Assembly (NCBI GenBank): GCA_030141605.1
Contig: JAQGDQ010000003.1
Location: 1,488,001 to 1,552,000 of the forward strand
Direction of reading: 5' to 3'
Length of the DNA stretch: 64,000 bases
From: Tubiluchus corallicola
Lineage: Eukaryota > Animalia > Priapulida
Positions 53,278 to 64,000 of the stretch are shown here, in pieces. Made by a program: the position numbers and the translations under genes. The notes under the pieces were generated by a model. That model did no database searches. It saw only the letters and a list, made by a program, of their open reading frames with translations, and had not been told where the DNA came from. Within the stretch, counting starts at the first letter, position 1, and each line of letters opens with the position of its first letter.

Positions 53278-53440
53278 AGTTCAGACGTAGAGACTTCTCT
53301 CGCAACTTCTTTCTGAGAGTAAAGTTGCAACGTGTGAACTGTTTTGTGACTTCTCTTTGACAGTAAAGTTGTAACATGTGAGATGTTTGGCAACTTGTCG
53401 CACGTGTGAACGGCTTGGCAACTTTACTCTCAGAGAGAGA
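53278..53440. repeat. Palindrome-rich intergenic element (MITE-like)
   Basis: Perfect 17-bp inverted repeat TCTGAGAGTAAAGTTGC (53312-53328 and 53418-53434) and repeated ACGTGTGAAC. Confidence 0.55.
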
Positions 53441-53589
53441 AAACTTAAAACGTTTATAATAATTGGAGAGCCCGTTAGCTCTGGATATAATATTACTCAT
53501 CCTAATGACAATTAAGCTAATACAGTACACTTATTATCTTAGTAGCACGCCTGGTATAATAGGCTCATTGGGCTCGAATATTCTTACTA

Positions 53590-53730
53590 TCCCTCTGGGC
53601 GGGACCAAGTACCGCACTCTGCGATATGTGGACTAGTGCACTAAACGGCGCCCAACAGGCTACAGTTCGAATTGAATGGCGGCAAAATTCTACTGATAGT
53701 TTACCTTTAAGTTCTTTTTTTACTATAACG
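53590..53730 (+). promoter_or_regulatory. Probable RMI1 promoter and non-coding first exon
   Basis: Locally GC/CpG-richer patch with GGGCGGGA (~53597, E2F/Sp-like), GGCGCC and AATGGCGGC (53675, YY1-like), ending at donor ACG|GTGAGC (53730/53731). The next acceptor TTTCTAG at 54674 precedes the ATG. Confidence 0.45.
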
Positions 53731-54729
53731 GTGAGCACGTTATGAGATTAGTCGTAAATAGGTTTTAGACTAATACGTTTTAGTCAAATATGGACAAAAA
53801 GCCTACTTATAGGCTTCGCCCTGTTGCTCTACGGTAAATAGTAATGATTCCTTCGTGAATAGATGTTTACCAAAACATTGTCTGCTTCCAATCATACCTC
53901 AAAGGTGTTAATATATAGCAGACCTCTGGTGGATAAATATTTGGTTAGTGTACCGAAAGCGTTTGGTAGTGTTTTGAAACCATCGATCGTTTGTAGTGTT
54001 TTGTATAACTTCTTTCGGTAAGGAAGTCCATAGGTCTGTTTTTGCATTTGAAAATTATGAAGTAACGCATGTATACTCAGCTAGGAGGTCTGGGAGAGTA
54101 CTTTTAGCTCCCTCTGTGGGCTCTGCGACGCATTTTTTGTATTTAAAGGCATCTTAGAGGGCTAAAGTGAGTTGATATGCAGAGTCTGTTTCTGGCTACA
54201 TTTATCTTGGTAGCATTCATTGTTTTGTAATACAGCTGTATAATGTATTCTAAAGCAAGCTGGTATTAATACATTATCATGCCATGGGCCTAAGGATGAC
54301 CCATTACTTAAGCTTTTTTATCTACTGTCAGTGTTAAATGGCATTTTTTTCGTTATCCTCCAGAAAAATGTAACAAATGTAAAACTATTCAATTATTAGT
54401 AAATTCATCATTGACAGTTACACAGAAACATACCTCTGTTGTGCAAAAGCTAGAAAGTTTGGTGATTCCATCCAATGTCCATATTATTGACTCACATGTA
54501 AATTTCTAACCTCTTGTCTGATTTGGGTGACAAGTCTACAGCCCACTCAATGTGCATACAAAATTAAATAACTATTATAAGCTTACGTGCTAATTTATCT
54601 CACTGATTTGATATATGGCAGAAGATCTTGGACATGCATGATTGATAGAGAATGATGCTATGTTTTCTTTCTAGGTATCCTGTGCTTTGTTGGTTGAATG
54701 TAAAGTTAAGAAAGTGATCAGGAATCGTA

Positions 54730-57090
54730 ATGCAAGGAGAAACTATAAGCCAATGGTTGGCATCCAAAGACATCATTGTACCTGCTGAGTGGGTTAATGC
54801 TTGTATGTGTTTTCTAGAAGAAGAGCATCAGGTACGATATTTAAGCTGCCCCTGAATGGTTTTGCAATATTTTTTGTTAAGTATTAGAAAATTTGCTGTT
54901 TGTGTTTATTTCAGTAATTTCTCATTTGGCATTAGTTTTGAATGAAAACAAATTTTCAAAACAAACAATTTTTGCAAGTTTTTTGAAGCACGTACCAGAC
55001 AAGATCTTAACTATAAAAATTCTTAGGCTTTGGTAAGATTTTATCTTTTTTTAGAAGCTGCCTGCCTTAGGCCTTAGAGTATATTGTTGTAATAAAAATT
55101 CTGTGTCATCGGGAATCAGCTCAGTGAAAACTTTTTCTTGCAGAAAATTATGAATATATTAGTTTTTAAAGCAGCTTATAATTGGTTTTTTAAATGCATG
55201 CAATCTGTCAACTGTTGTGTTGCTTGTCAACGCTTTTGCATTTGTTTAGATTATAACGCAGGGATACTTGTTAGAATGGTTTTGTTTTCCAGTTCCAAAT
55301 GATCAACATGGATGGCTTGCAAACTCTTGTGATGAACCAATGGTTACAAACCGACTTACGTGATTTAAGTACTGCAGTGCTACCAGTACAATTGACTCGG
55401 GAACGTAAACATGTCCTTACTGGAGTCTACGCACTCCAGGTAATTGTCATAAATCGTTAATAGTCAATGTTACTTTAAGAACCAAGCATCCCTCAAAATT
55501 GCTTACTTTTTGTAATGTTTTCACTGTTAGACCATCAGGATAATGTGGTATTTTATTATGATGACCTCCAGATCGTGACGGAGATCAAAAGTCACCGAAA
55601 TGTCATTATCCAAAATAGGCCTGCAAAAGTGAAATTTATGTGGAATAAGTAATACACTGGGATGGCAGACTGATTTTATTGAGTAGTTAATCATCTTAGA
55701 AGACAAGCATGCAGAACTTTACAATATGTTGCAGACTGATTATCACTGTAGTTAAGGTCATTTCACAATGTTATACCTTTATTTTTATAGCTTGCATAAA
55801 ATTTTAACATGCCACATATATAGGATTTACCTGTGTGCCAAGACCAAGAGCCTTCTGCTAGAAACTTTTCGGTTGCTGCACACTAATTGTTCCTGCTACA
55901 GTATTATCAGTGACAGATGTTTTTTTTGTTTTTTTTTACGTTTTTTGCATTGTGTATTCTCTGGTTAATCCATGATGTTGTTATCAACGTATCATTACAA
56001 AATTAGTTTTTAGTGGTGGTTCATGTTTTTGGGTTTTTTCTCTTTTCATCTGAATGTAGTTCCTAAAGTTGGACCAAAAGGGGCGATGTGTCTTTTAGTT
56101 TTATTGTGTGATTGTTTAAGATATTATGTTGACTTGTTATATGTATCTTAGTCCATAATGTAAAATAATTAAATTTTATTTGTGAGATTTATATGGTTAA
56201 AGAAGTCGTATTGATGCTATAGTATTAATATTACTATTATTTTCATTATTATAAGTGTGAATTTTTTGTATTTCAGGTTGAAACTGTCTTAGATGTTAGT
56301 ACTTCGGCATATAGTCAGTATCTCAAACTTACAGAAAAGCACAATGAAAATATGTTTTTAAATACTGAGAATGACAATAAACAATTTAAGGTAAGTGTTT
56401 AAGACTATTAATGCTCGGTAAAGATAACGGAATTGAAATAAGTTTTGCTTTTCTAAGAATCACATAAAGCAGCAATGTCCACATAGTTTGTGGTGAATGC
56501 TCGTTTACTAATTGCTAATTACTAATAACAACTTACTAATTTGTTTAGTCAGAGTCAAAGCCAAACAGAATGCTGATGTTACAAATTACTGATGGTGTTC
56601 AGACAGTACTTGGCATGGAGTACAAACCTATTCCATTGCTTCAGTCAGACATGTCACCCGGATGCAAGGTACAAAACGGTTTTATTATTAGTAGTATGTA
56701 TGTTGGAAACTCATTACGAAACCTAATTTGTACATTTGCATTCACTGCAATTCTTTCTGGTCTTGTTCATTTTATTAGGTTTCTGTTGGGTAGTTTTGTG
56801 ATTTTTTTAACAGCAAGCATTTATGGTTTATTTATTGTGCAAGCATTCCTGCTATGTGCTAACTGCTAGCAACAGCATTATAAATCACTGGTTATCTTGC
56901 TGAGGACTTTTTTTGCTGAGTTAAGAAGATAAACCACATTGAGCAGATATTGAATCAGCAACCATAAATGAGTAGCATTGGAATGTACCGGTAGGGCAAC
57001 CACGACAGCATTACACTTTTTAAATTAAATTACAATTGTGGAGTTTTAATCAGTGAAACTCTCTCTCTCCCCCCCTCTCTCTCTCTCCCC

Positions 57091-57173
<83 letters not shown>

Positions 57174-60100
57174 TGCACACTTTGTCTTTCTCTCCATCTA
57201 TCTCTTTCTTACTATCCTTTTTTATAGTGGCATTTTTTGTGAATTGTATCTATTTTTCTCATTAAGAATTATCTCCATCCTAGCAATAATTCAAACTTTA
57301 ATCATTTTAAAATGTTATGATGTTATAGATTACAAGTATCTAACATTTTTGCGACAGTATATTTTTTATGTTTAGGTATATCTCAAGGGGCCCGTGGAAG
57401 TAACTTTAGGAACACTATTATTAAAAGCTGATAATATTCAAGTCCTTGGTGGTGAAGTGGAAAGCCTTGTACAGCAAAACTCACAAATTAAGATATTGGC
57501 ACGATTACTGTAAGTTTGACAATATTTGACTGTGAATTATAGATCACTGCTTAAGTGTATAATCCATTCCATTATATACAGTTAAATCTCATTATAATGC
57601 CAACCTCACTTAACGCTCAAATTTTTACCAAAACGTAACATTTATATTTGCATAGACATGTATGTACGTATGCATCTGGTTATAATGCCAAACTGGCTTT
57701 AGCGCCAACTTTTTTGCAGTCCCAAAGTAGGTGGCACAAAGAGGAATTCTGGGTATTGCTAATGGTGCATTCAGTTTAGCGAGTTTTCCCGCAGAGTAAC
57801 TTGCAAGCGTGTTCACACTACAGAGTAATATTTGCTGGGTGTTACTCTCTGTCAGTAAGTATAAGCTGATTTTTTGCCAGACTAGCGATAGATCTTACAA
57901 GAGTGTTTAGAGTAGAGAGAAATTACCTACGATATTGTTCTGGAAATTAAAAAGCATAGTTAATGTTGTTCTTATTGTTGTTTCGCAACAGAAATTTAAA
58001 AAATAATAATATAATTTACTAAAATTCATCCAGGCAACTTGTATGGCCAATTTTTTGGTGAAATAAGTAATAAATTAGTTTGCAACAATTAATCAGCAAT
58101 CAGTAACCAATTGTTTCTATCTTTGTACTGAAAAACTGGTTTCAAATGGGATTGCACAGTTCTTTAATGAACTCTAGAAGCGGGAATAATTTATATAGCA
58201 ATAGTATAATACTGGTGCAGTCAGCATTCTTGAAACAACTCTGTCAATTACCACAGCTTCCCACATGTCCGCTATCATGATATTACCAAGTATAATTACT
58301 GTACAGCATTTGTTCCGTATGATTTTCTAGATAATTTAAAGAGGAAGAGACCTAGGCCTATCTCAGTCTGTGTCACACACATGTTAAACACAGTTTTCAA
58401 GAATCCACTTGCATAAAACGGCTGTACTTTTATTATTCACTTGTGATTGTTCACCTCATCATCATCATCTTCATCACTAAAATATTATTATTGCTGTTTT
58501 TGATTTTGTTTTTTAATAATAATGTCCTTTCAATTCTAATTTTGCAGCAAGAAATAGGAGTTAAATAACCCAGTCTATAATGTTGCTCCATCTTAATTAT
58601 TTTTGTAATTTTTTTCATGTTTGAACAGTCAGTTTTTAGTTGGATTAAAGTTGCTTCCTTAATATAGTTTGTTGGTTTAATTAAAATTTGTAAACTTAAA
58701 CTAAAAAGTGTAAATTTTCTACTTTAATTTTCATCGTGTTATGTAGAACTTTTTCTTATGTCTTGCTTTGGGTATTTTTATTTTAAAATCAACTTTTACT
58801 ATTCTATTTCTATTATTATTCCGAGCCAGATTATCCAAAACCTTTGCTTTTAATAAGATTTTATTTAAGATTTTTTTCTATCTTCCAGCTGAGTGGTATT
58901 TAGAAATAATGTCTATGTATTTTATCTTGCGTTTTATGTGAAAGATAGCATAAATAGACAAATAGATGAAAAATACAGTTTACAGTTTTCATTCTCTAAA
59001 TTAACCATGTAAAAAATTCCACTGTTACTAACACTGAATTAAATACCCATTTCAGGTCTTTGCTTTGTGATTTCAATACCTCACCGGGCTACAGCATTCT
59101 GTAACTGTTGCGAGTTCTCAATGAATAGAGCCCACTTGTTGTGAGCAGTGTCAGGAGTAACTCGCAGAGGCCTTCACTCTAGACAGTAAATCAACTCTCA
59201 GCTGTCAATGAGCTTGAAATTTTTTGTCAGTAGTAACGCTTACAAAAAAAAGCAGTTCACACGTGCGAGTTTGCTATTAGGCAGAACATGAGCAATAAGT
59301 TGCATAATTGTTTGTTTCGTGTCATTTTTGTAAGGTGAAATTTTACAGGGGAGAGGATGTCACTCAGTGTGATGGAAATGATGCTCATGGTGAGAAAGGT
59401 GCAGCTGGTAATGATGTAGCCATGGCAGATAATCATACCTCAAACATATCTAACGTCGAGCAAGTGAGATGACACAAACAATCATAATTTTTACAAGAAA
59501 ATAATGTTCCCACATTAATAGTTTCAAAATGTCATGTACATTTTGCTGGCACAACATTACAGTCATCACTAAGCCATGCTCACTAGCCATTTTATTATTA
59601 TTATTACAATTAAAAATAAAATTATTAATATTATTAATGTTATTCTTATTATTGTTAATATTATTATTATTATTATTATTGTTATTATTTTGCAGTGTTT
59701 GTTGATGCAGGTTAATGGTAGTGATGAGTTTGGTAACAACGATAATGATTTTGATTATGGTACGCTGTTTGAGAATTTCGAACAAGATAACGAAAGCAGA
59801 GTTACAAGTGAAAATCTTGACCAGCATCAATCTAGCACGGGTATACTTTTCATTTTGAACAAAAATTTTCTTCTGGCACTGATACCATGGACTGTTTTTT
59901 CTATTGACATAAATAGTCTTCATTTAATTTTTTTTTGTAGGTGCTGTACAAAATAGTCATGAAGTAAGCAGAACTCACTATACTGAAATGGACAATACCA
60001 TGACACATGGCATTCATTCGAAAACCTTGTCAGGAGGCAGCAGCAAATTTGCTATTGTCAGACCTACACTTATGCATGCCAGAACTACAGCTAAATCTGC

Positions 60101-63100
60101 CAATTCGGCAGCCTCAAGCTTGTGTTTTACTAGCTATGATTTCAGCTCGTGCTTATGTAGAACGCGGTCCAGTGACTGTTTTGGAATAAATTGCCCTGAC
60201 TGTGAGAAAATGTCTAACATTATGTGCAGCAGCAGTGACTCAACTAATTTATTACTGTAAGCATTACCTGAAGATTTAATTTTATACTTTCTATACAAAT
60301 TGTCCTTTCATAGGTTCATGCATTCTGCAGAGCAAAGTTTATGCTGTTTTACGAGCAAGCATAAATACCGTTTTATTTCATGTCAACGTGTCATTTTTTC
60401 TCCCTTGCAAGTGTGATCTTTTTGATTTGATTCGTATTCTCATTTCTACCATCAAGATAAAAAACTGGCCTTGTTTATTATCTCAGCAGTAGCTCATTTG
60501 TTAGTCTTACATTCATGCAGATAAATTCGGCAAGGACTAATTTCATAAATTTGATGCGTGGTTCAATTTGTGAACTATAAATTTCAAAGGTTTCTTCTTC
60601 CTATGTAATTTGCTCCTAATGGTCTTTTTAGATTTTTCTGAAATTGTTTGAAACTTGCAAAATTAAAGTTAGCCAGTAGTAATTTGTCTTGGTTCACTGG
60701 GTACTACGAGGGGTGTTCAATAAATATTTCCCCTGACCCACTTCCAGTTGTCTTAGAAAGCTGGAAATTGCACGTGTATAATTATACATATCTCTATAAG
60801 CCACAAGACAATTTGCAGGTTTGAATTCTTATTCATTTCTTTTTACAACTACCAAGGAGAAGCAAGGTGTGAATATGGAGCCAACTGAATAGAGAGCAGT
60901 GATCAAGTTTCTGACTTGAAAGACTGTACACCAACAGAGAATTTTAATGAAATGCAACAGACTTATGGGGAGCATGCCCCATCATATGATGTTGTAAAAC
61001 ACTGGCATCGCCAGTTCAAGTGTGGCCGCAAATCGGTGGAAACAACTCCCCGTCTGGGATGACCCTCATCCGCCATTGATGATGACGTCATCCACAAAGT
61101 AGAGACTGTCATTTTGGAGGATTGCCGTGTAACTGTTCGCCAGCTAGCTCAAGATGTCAAGATAAGTGTGGGCTCCATAGAAACAATCATCCATAACTAT
61201 TTGCGTATGTGGTAGGTGTCAGCCCGGTGGGTTCTCAGGTTTCTCACACCTTTCCAGAAGTAAGAACGAGTCGAGCGTTCTCGGGCTCTTTTGGTCATGT
61301 GCCAAGAAGAACAGGACTTTTTTGACAGACTAATTACGCAGGATGAAACGTGGATCCATCATTATGACACGGAGACTAAAGCCCAGTCAAAGCAATGAAA
61401 ACATTTTGATTCATCGCCTCCAATGAAGGCACATGTAGAACCCTCGGTTAGCAAGGCTTACAGTCTTTTGGGACCAGCACGGAGTAATAATGATGGACGT
61501 CCTTCAAAAGGGTACCACAATTAATGGGAGCTACTGTGCTTCACTACAGAAGAAATTACGGAAGGCCATCAATTCTGAGAGGGGTGGTATGCTGACAAGA
61601 GGAGTTTGCCTTCTGCAAGACAGTGCCTCAGTCCACAACTCGTAAGTTGCCCAGACGGAAGCCCACACCTGTGGCTATGAAATCCTTCCTCATTCCTCTT
61701 ATTCTCCTGACATTGCGTCATCAGACAGACCAAAAAAATGAAGTCATTTTTGAAAGGAAAACGTTTCTCAGATGATGACACACTGATTTTTGAGGTCAAG
61801 TCATGGCTTTTGATGCAACCTGAAGACTTCTACAAGCGAGGTTTCTATAGTTACACAAAACGACGGGAGAAGTATGTCGCCTTTGGTGGCACCTATGTAG
61901 TGAAAAATTAATAACTGTGCCAAGTTTCATTCAGTGTACCTGAGTGTACTGGAAGTGGGTCAGGGGAAATATTTATTGAACACCCCTCGTAGTTTTTGTA
62001 AGTGCCTTTTGCAAAAGAGTGCCTCCACACTCGCTTATTTCTTGGTTTTTGCATCTATGAAATTATATCCTGATGATGATCTTCAGCTCTCGATGAATTT
62101 ATATAGAATTAAAACCATCAAAATTAAACACAGATGCTGCATTTTTAAATATTTAACAGAGTTAGGTAATCTGTCTGCCTTTTCTAGTGTTACATCAAGA
62201 TATCCTGTACCTCCCCAACAGGATGTGTCAAGGACAGAAAACAGTCATAATGTTAGTCATCCATTAAGGCAAAGTGATTCGATGCAGGAAATTAAACCTT
62301 TCATGTTGCTAAAAGATGTAAATTCCATGCGTTCCAGTAGTCGTCAGGTTGTTAAAGTAAAGGTAAGGTACTTTTATCTTTTTATTCACCTGTAACCATT
62401 TTCAGTTTAAGATTTTTTATTTTTCCTACAGGCAGCTAACGTAGCACTGCCATGTTAGTATGTGATACTGCTGTATGGTTACAAACTAAGTTGAAAGAAA
62501 TGTTAGATCCTTGTTCTGTTTGAATGCATCCAGCAAAACCATTTACAGTGTATTGCATTGTTATCTATTTCCTCATACATTCGTTATACAAAAGGCAAAT
62601 TAAATTTCAAAAGTTTTCACCCTTCATTGTACAGTGGGATTATATACATAGCTCCTCAATGTTTCATGATGACATCCAATTTGGGTCAGCTGTTTTCTGT
62701 TCCTGTTTGAGTAATAAAAATTATGCAACAAAATAATAGAATTTTGCTGAGAAAAGGGTGACACTACTTTGTTGCAGTGTTTCATCTCCACTTTGACATC
62801 CAAGTTAGAAACTGATGATGGTAACAAGTGGAAACTATCGGCAAGAATTGCTGATGGGACTGGCCAGCTTGATGTCATCTTTGGCAGTTCACTACTCACA
62901 TCTTTGATTGGATTCACTGCGAAAGATATGACGCAGATGAAAACTAGAATAGCTGCTGATCCTAGCATAAAAACAAGGGTTATGAAGGTACATATGTGAT
63001 GCTTCCCAATTTTGTTAAACGAGTTGCACAATTCTGAGCAATGCATTTATATTTCCGAATTTGTTCCCGTGGCTTTTTGCAATACAGTGCAGGTGTAATT

Positions 63101-63958
63101 ATTGTCAGGTAATGTTATATTTTTCATTAAATGAAGTCACTATTTATGTATTTAATATTACGAAATAGAGTGCAGTGCTACATTATTGCTATTGGACTTT
63201 CTGAATTGATGCTGTTTAGAAAAAAATATAATTTGTGTTTGGCTGAAGTATGTCTATTATTCGTAAATTTGTTACTGGTTGTTGTATCCATCATTTTTCT
63301 CGATGTGTGTATATTAATTACAATTGCGTGTTATTTTTCATAAAAACGTTTATTTTTACAAGAAAAAATTGTAAAAGTGTATGAAATATATGCACACTGT
63401 AATACTGGTTGGTTATCCATTATTTTTTCACTATAGCAGCAGATCATCACCCATAATTTGGCAATATTTCTGTTGTAGGCGCTTTCTGAGTGTCAAACTA
63501 AATTACTCAACTTGTATGGAATAATGTCCTTGCAATATGATGAGAACAAGCAGCAATTCAAGGTCAAGTCTTGCAGTCCTCTTGGTAGAACTCACATGGA
63601 CTGGTTGAATGAAACAGCACATTATTTTGATGCATTAAATCATACAGTATCCGTTATACACCAAGAAGCAACTGATTTGGAAAAATCGCTTGGTAATGAA
63701 ATGTATAAATTTGTGTATAAAATTGTGCAAGTCAATGATTTTTTAGCTCTCGATACTAATACTGTTGTGATTATGCGGTACCTGTTTGGAGTTATCTAAA
63801 TTATTAAGTAGTCATTAGCACATTAATTTCTATTTTTTGCATAATTCTTTGAACAATTATTTTCTTTTCCAGAGCGACTATGTATGCCACCATTTGCTCT
63901 AATCAGTAAAGTATGTCAATTATTGCCTCACATTTCACAACGAATTGTGAATATAAAG
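54730..63958 (+). CDS. RMI1: RecQ-mediated genome instability protein 1 (BTR dissolvasome subunit), multi-exon, 3' end beyond the window
   Basis: Exons 54730-54831 ([17 protein letters not shown]), 55293-55439 ([10 protein letters not shown]...GVYALQ), 56277-56390 (DVSTSAYSQ), 56549-56668 ([13 protein letters not shown]...GMEYKPIP), 57376-57509 ([20 protein letters not shown]), linker exons 59349-59463, 59711-59840 and 59941 to ~60201 (end uncertain), 62160-62362, 62778-62987 (FISTL...[11 protein letters not shown]...LTSLIGFT), 63479-63692 and 63873-63958. The motifs match the N-terminal helical/OB1 region and the C-terminal OB2 of RMI1. Confidence 0.92.
57059..57170. repeat. (CT)n microsatellite
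   Basis: Read directly from the sequence. Confidence 0.97.
59590..59690. repeat. (ATT)n low-complexity tract in an RMI1 intron
   Basis: Read directly from the sequence. Confidence 0.9.
60707..61989 (+). mobile_element. Full-length (1,283 bp) mariner transposon, irritans/Bytmar1-like, in an RMI1 intron
   Basis: Perfect 42-bp TIRs CGAGGGGTGTTCAATAAATATTTCCCCTGACCCACTTCCAGT (60707-60748 and 61948-61989) flanked by TA at 60705-60706 and 61990-61991; internal transposase remnant. Confidence 0.96.
60875..61911 (+). pseudogene. Inactivated mariner transposase
   Basis: MEPTE*RAVIKFL...; SARWVLRFL (WVPxxL motif, 61228); ITQDETW (61342); [11 protein letters not shown]; YSPDIASSD (61700); GTYVVKN*. 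In-frame stops at 60890, 61060, 61213, 61261 and 61396, plus frameshifts. Confidence 0.93.
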
Positions 63959-64000
63959 GTATAAAGAAGCAGCTGGATGCTTATGTTATTTGTGTCTTAT

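Noticed and set aside
57053-57265. ORF with poly-(LS)
   Set aside because: Translation of the (CT)n microsatellite.
59450-59923. 157-aa minus-strand poly-Asn ORF
   Set aside because: Antisense shadow of an RMI1 exon plus the (ATT)n tract.
62624-63046. 140-aa minus-strand ORF with a hydrophobic stretch
   Set aside because: Antisense to the RMI1 OB2 exon; no independent gene signals.

Overview
AT-rich animal (invertebrate-type) nuclear DNA containing two + strand intron-rich genes and intronic transposon relics. (1) A ~50-kb uninflatable (uif)-like gene. I traced 63 coding exons from 1627 to the stop at 51903-51905, all GT-AG with consistent phases, totalling 10,488 nt (~3,495 aa without the unplaced signal-peptide exon). 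Domain order: C-type lectin, LDLa, 3 CUB, 4 sushi, EGF-Ca, FA58C, EGF, 4 sushi, 2 HYR, sushi, linker, 3 Cys-rich GCC2/GCC3 repeats, PAN/Apple-like, SUEL-lectin-like, 14 EGF, LamG/pentraxin, EGF-like, HYR, sushi, linker, 3 GCC repeats, Thr-rich stalk, 2 EGF, TM, Tyr/Ser-rich tail. (2) An RMI1 gene (ATG 54730) that runs off the right edge. It does not stop after its C-terminal OB fold: a further exon at 63873-63958 appears to begin a second copy of that fold. Other features: a 1,283-bp defective mariner with perfect 42-bp TIRs and TA target duplication in an RMI1 intron, a THAP-domain transposon relic, several MITE/foldback elements, a diverged ~145-bp tandem array, and microsatellites. Exon boundaries were read by eye and family assignments rest on remembered motifs, not database searches.
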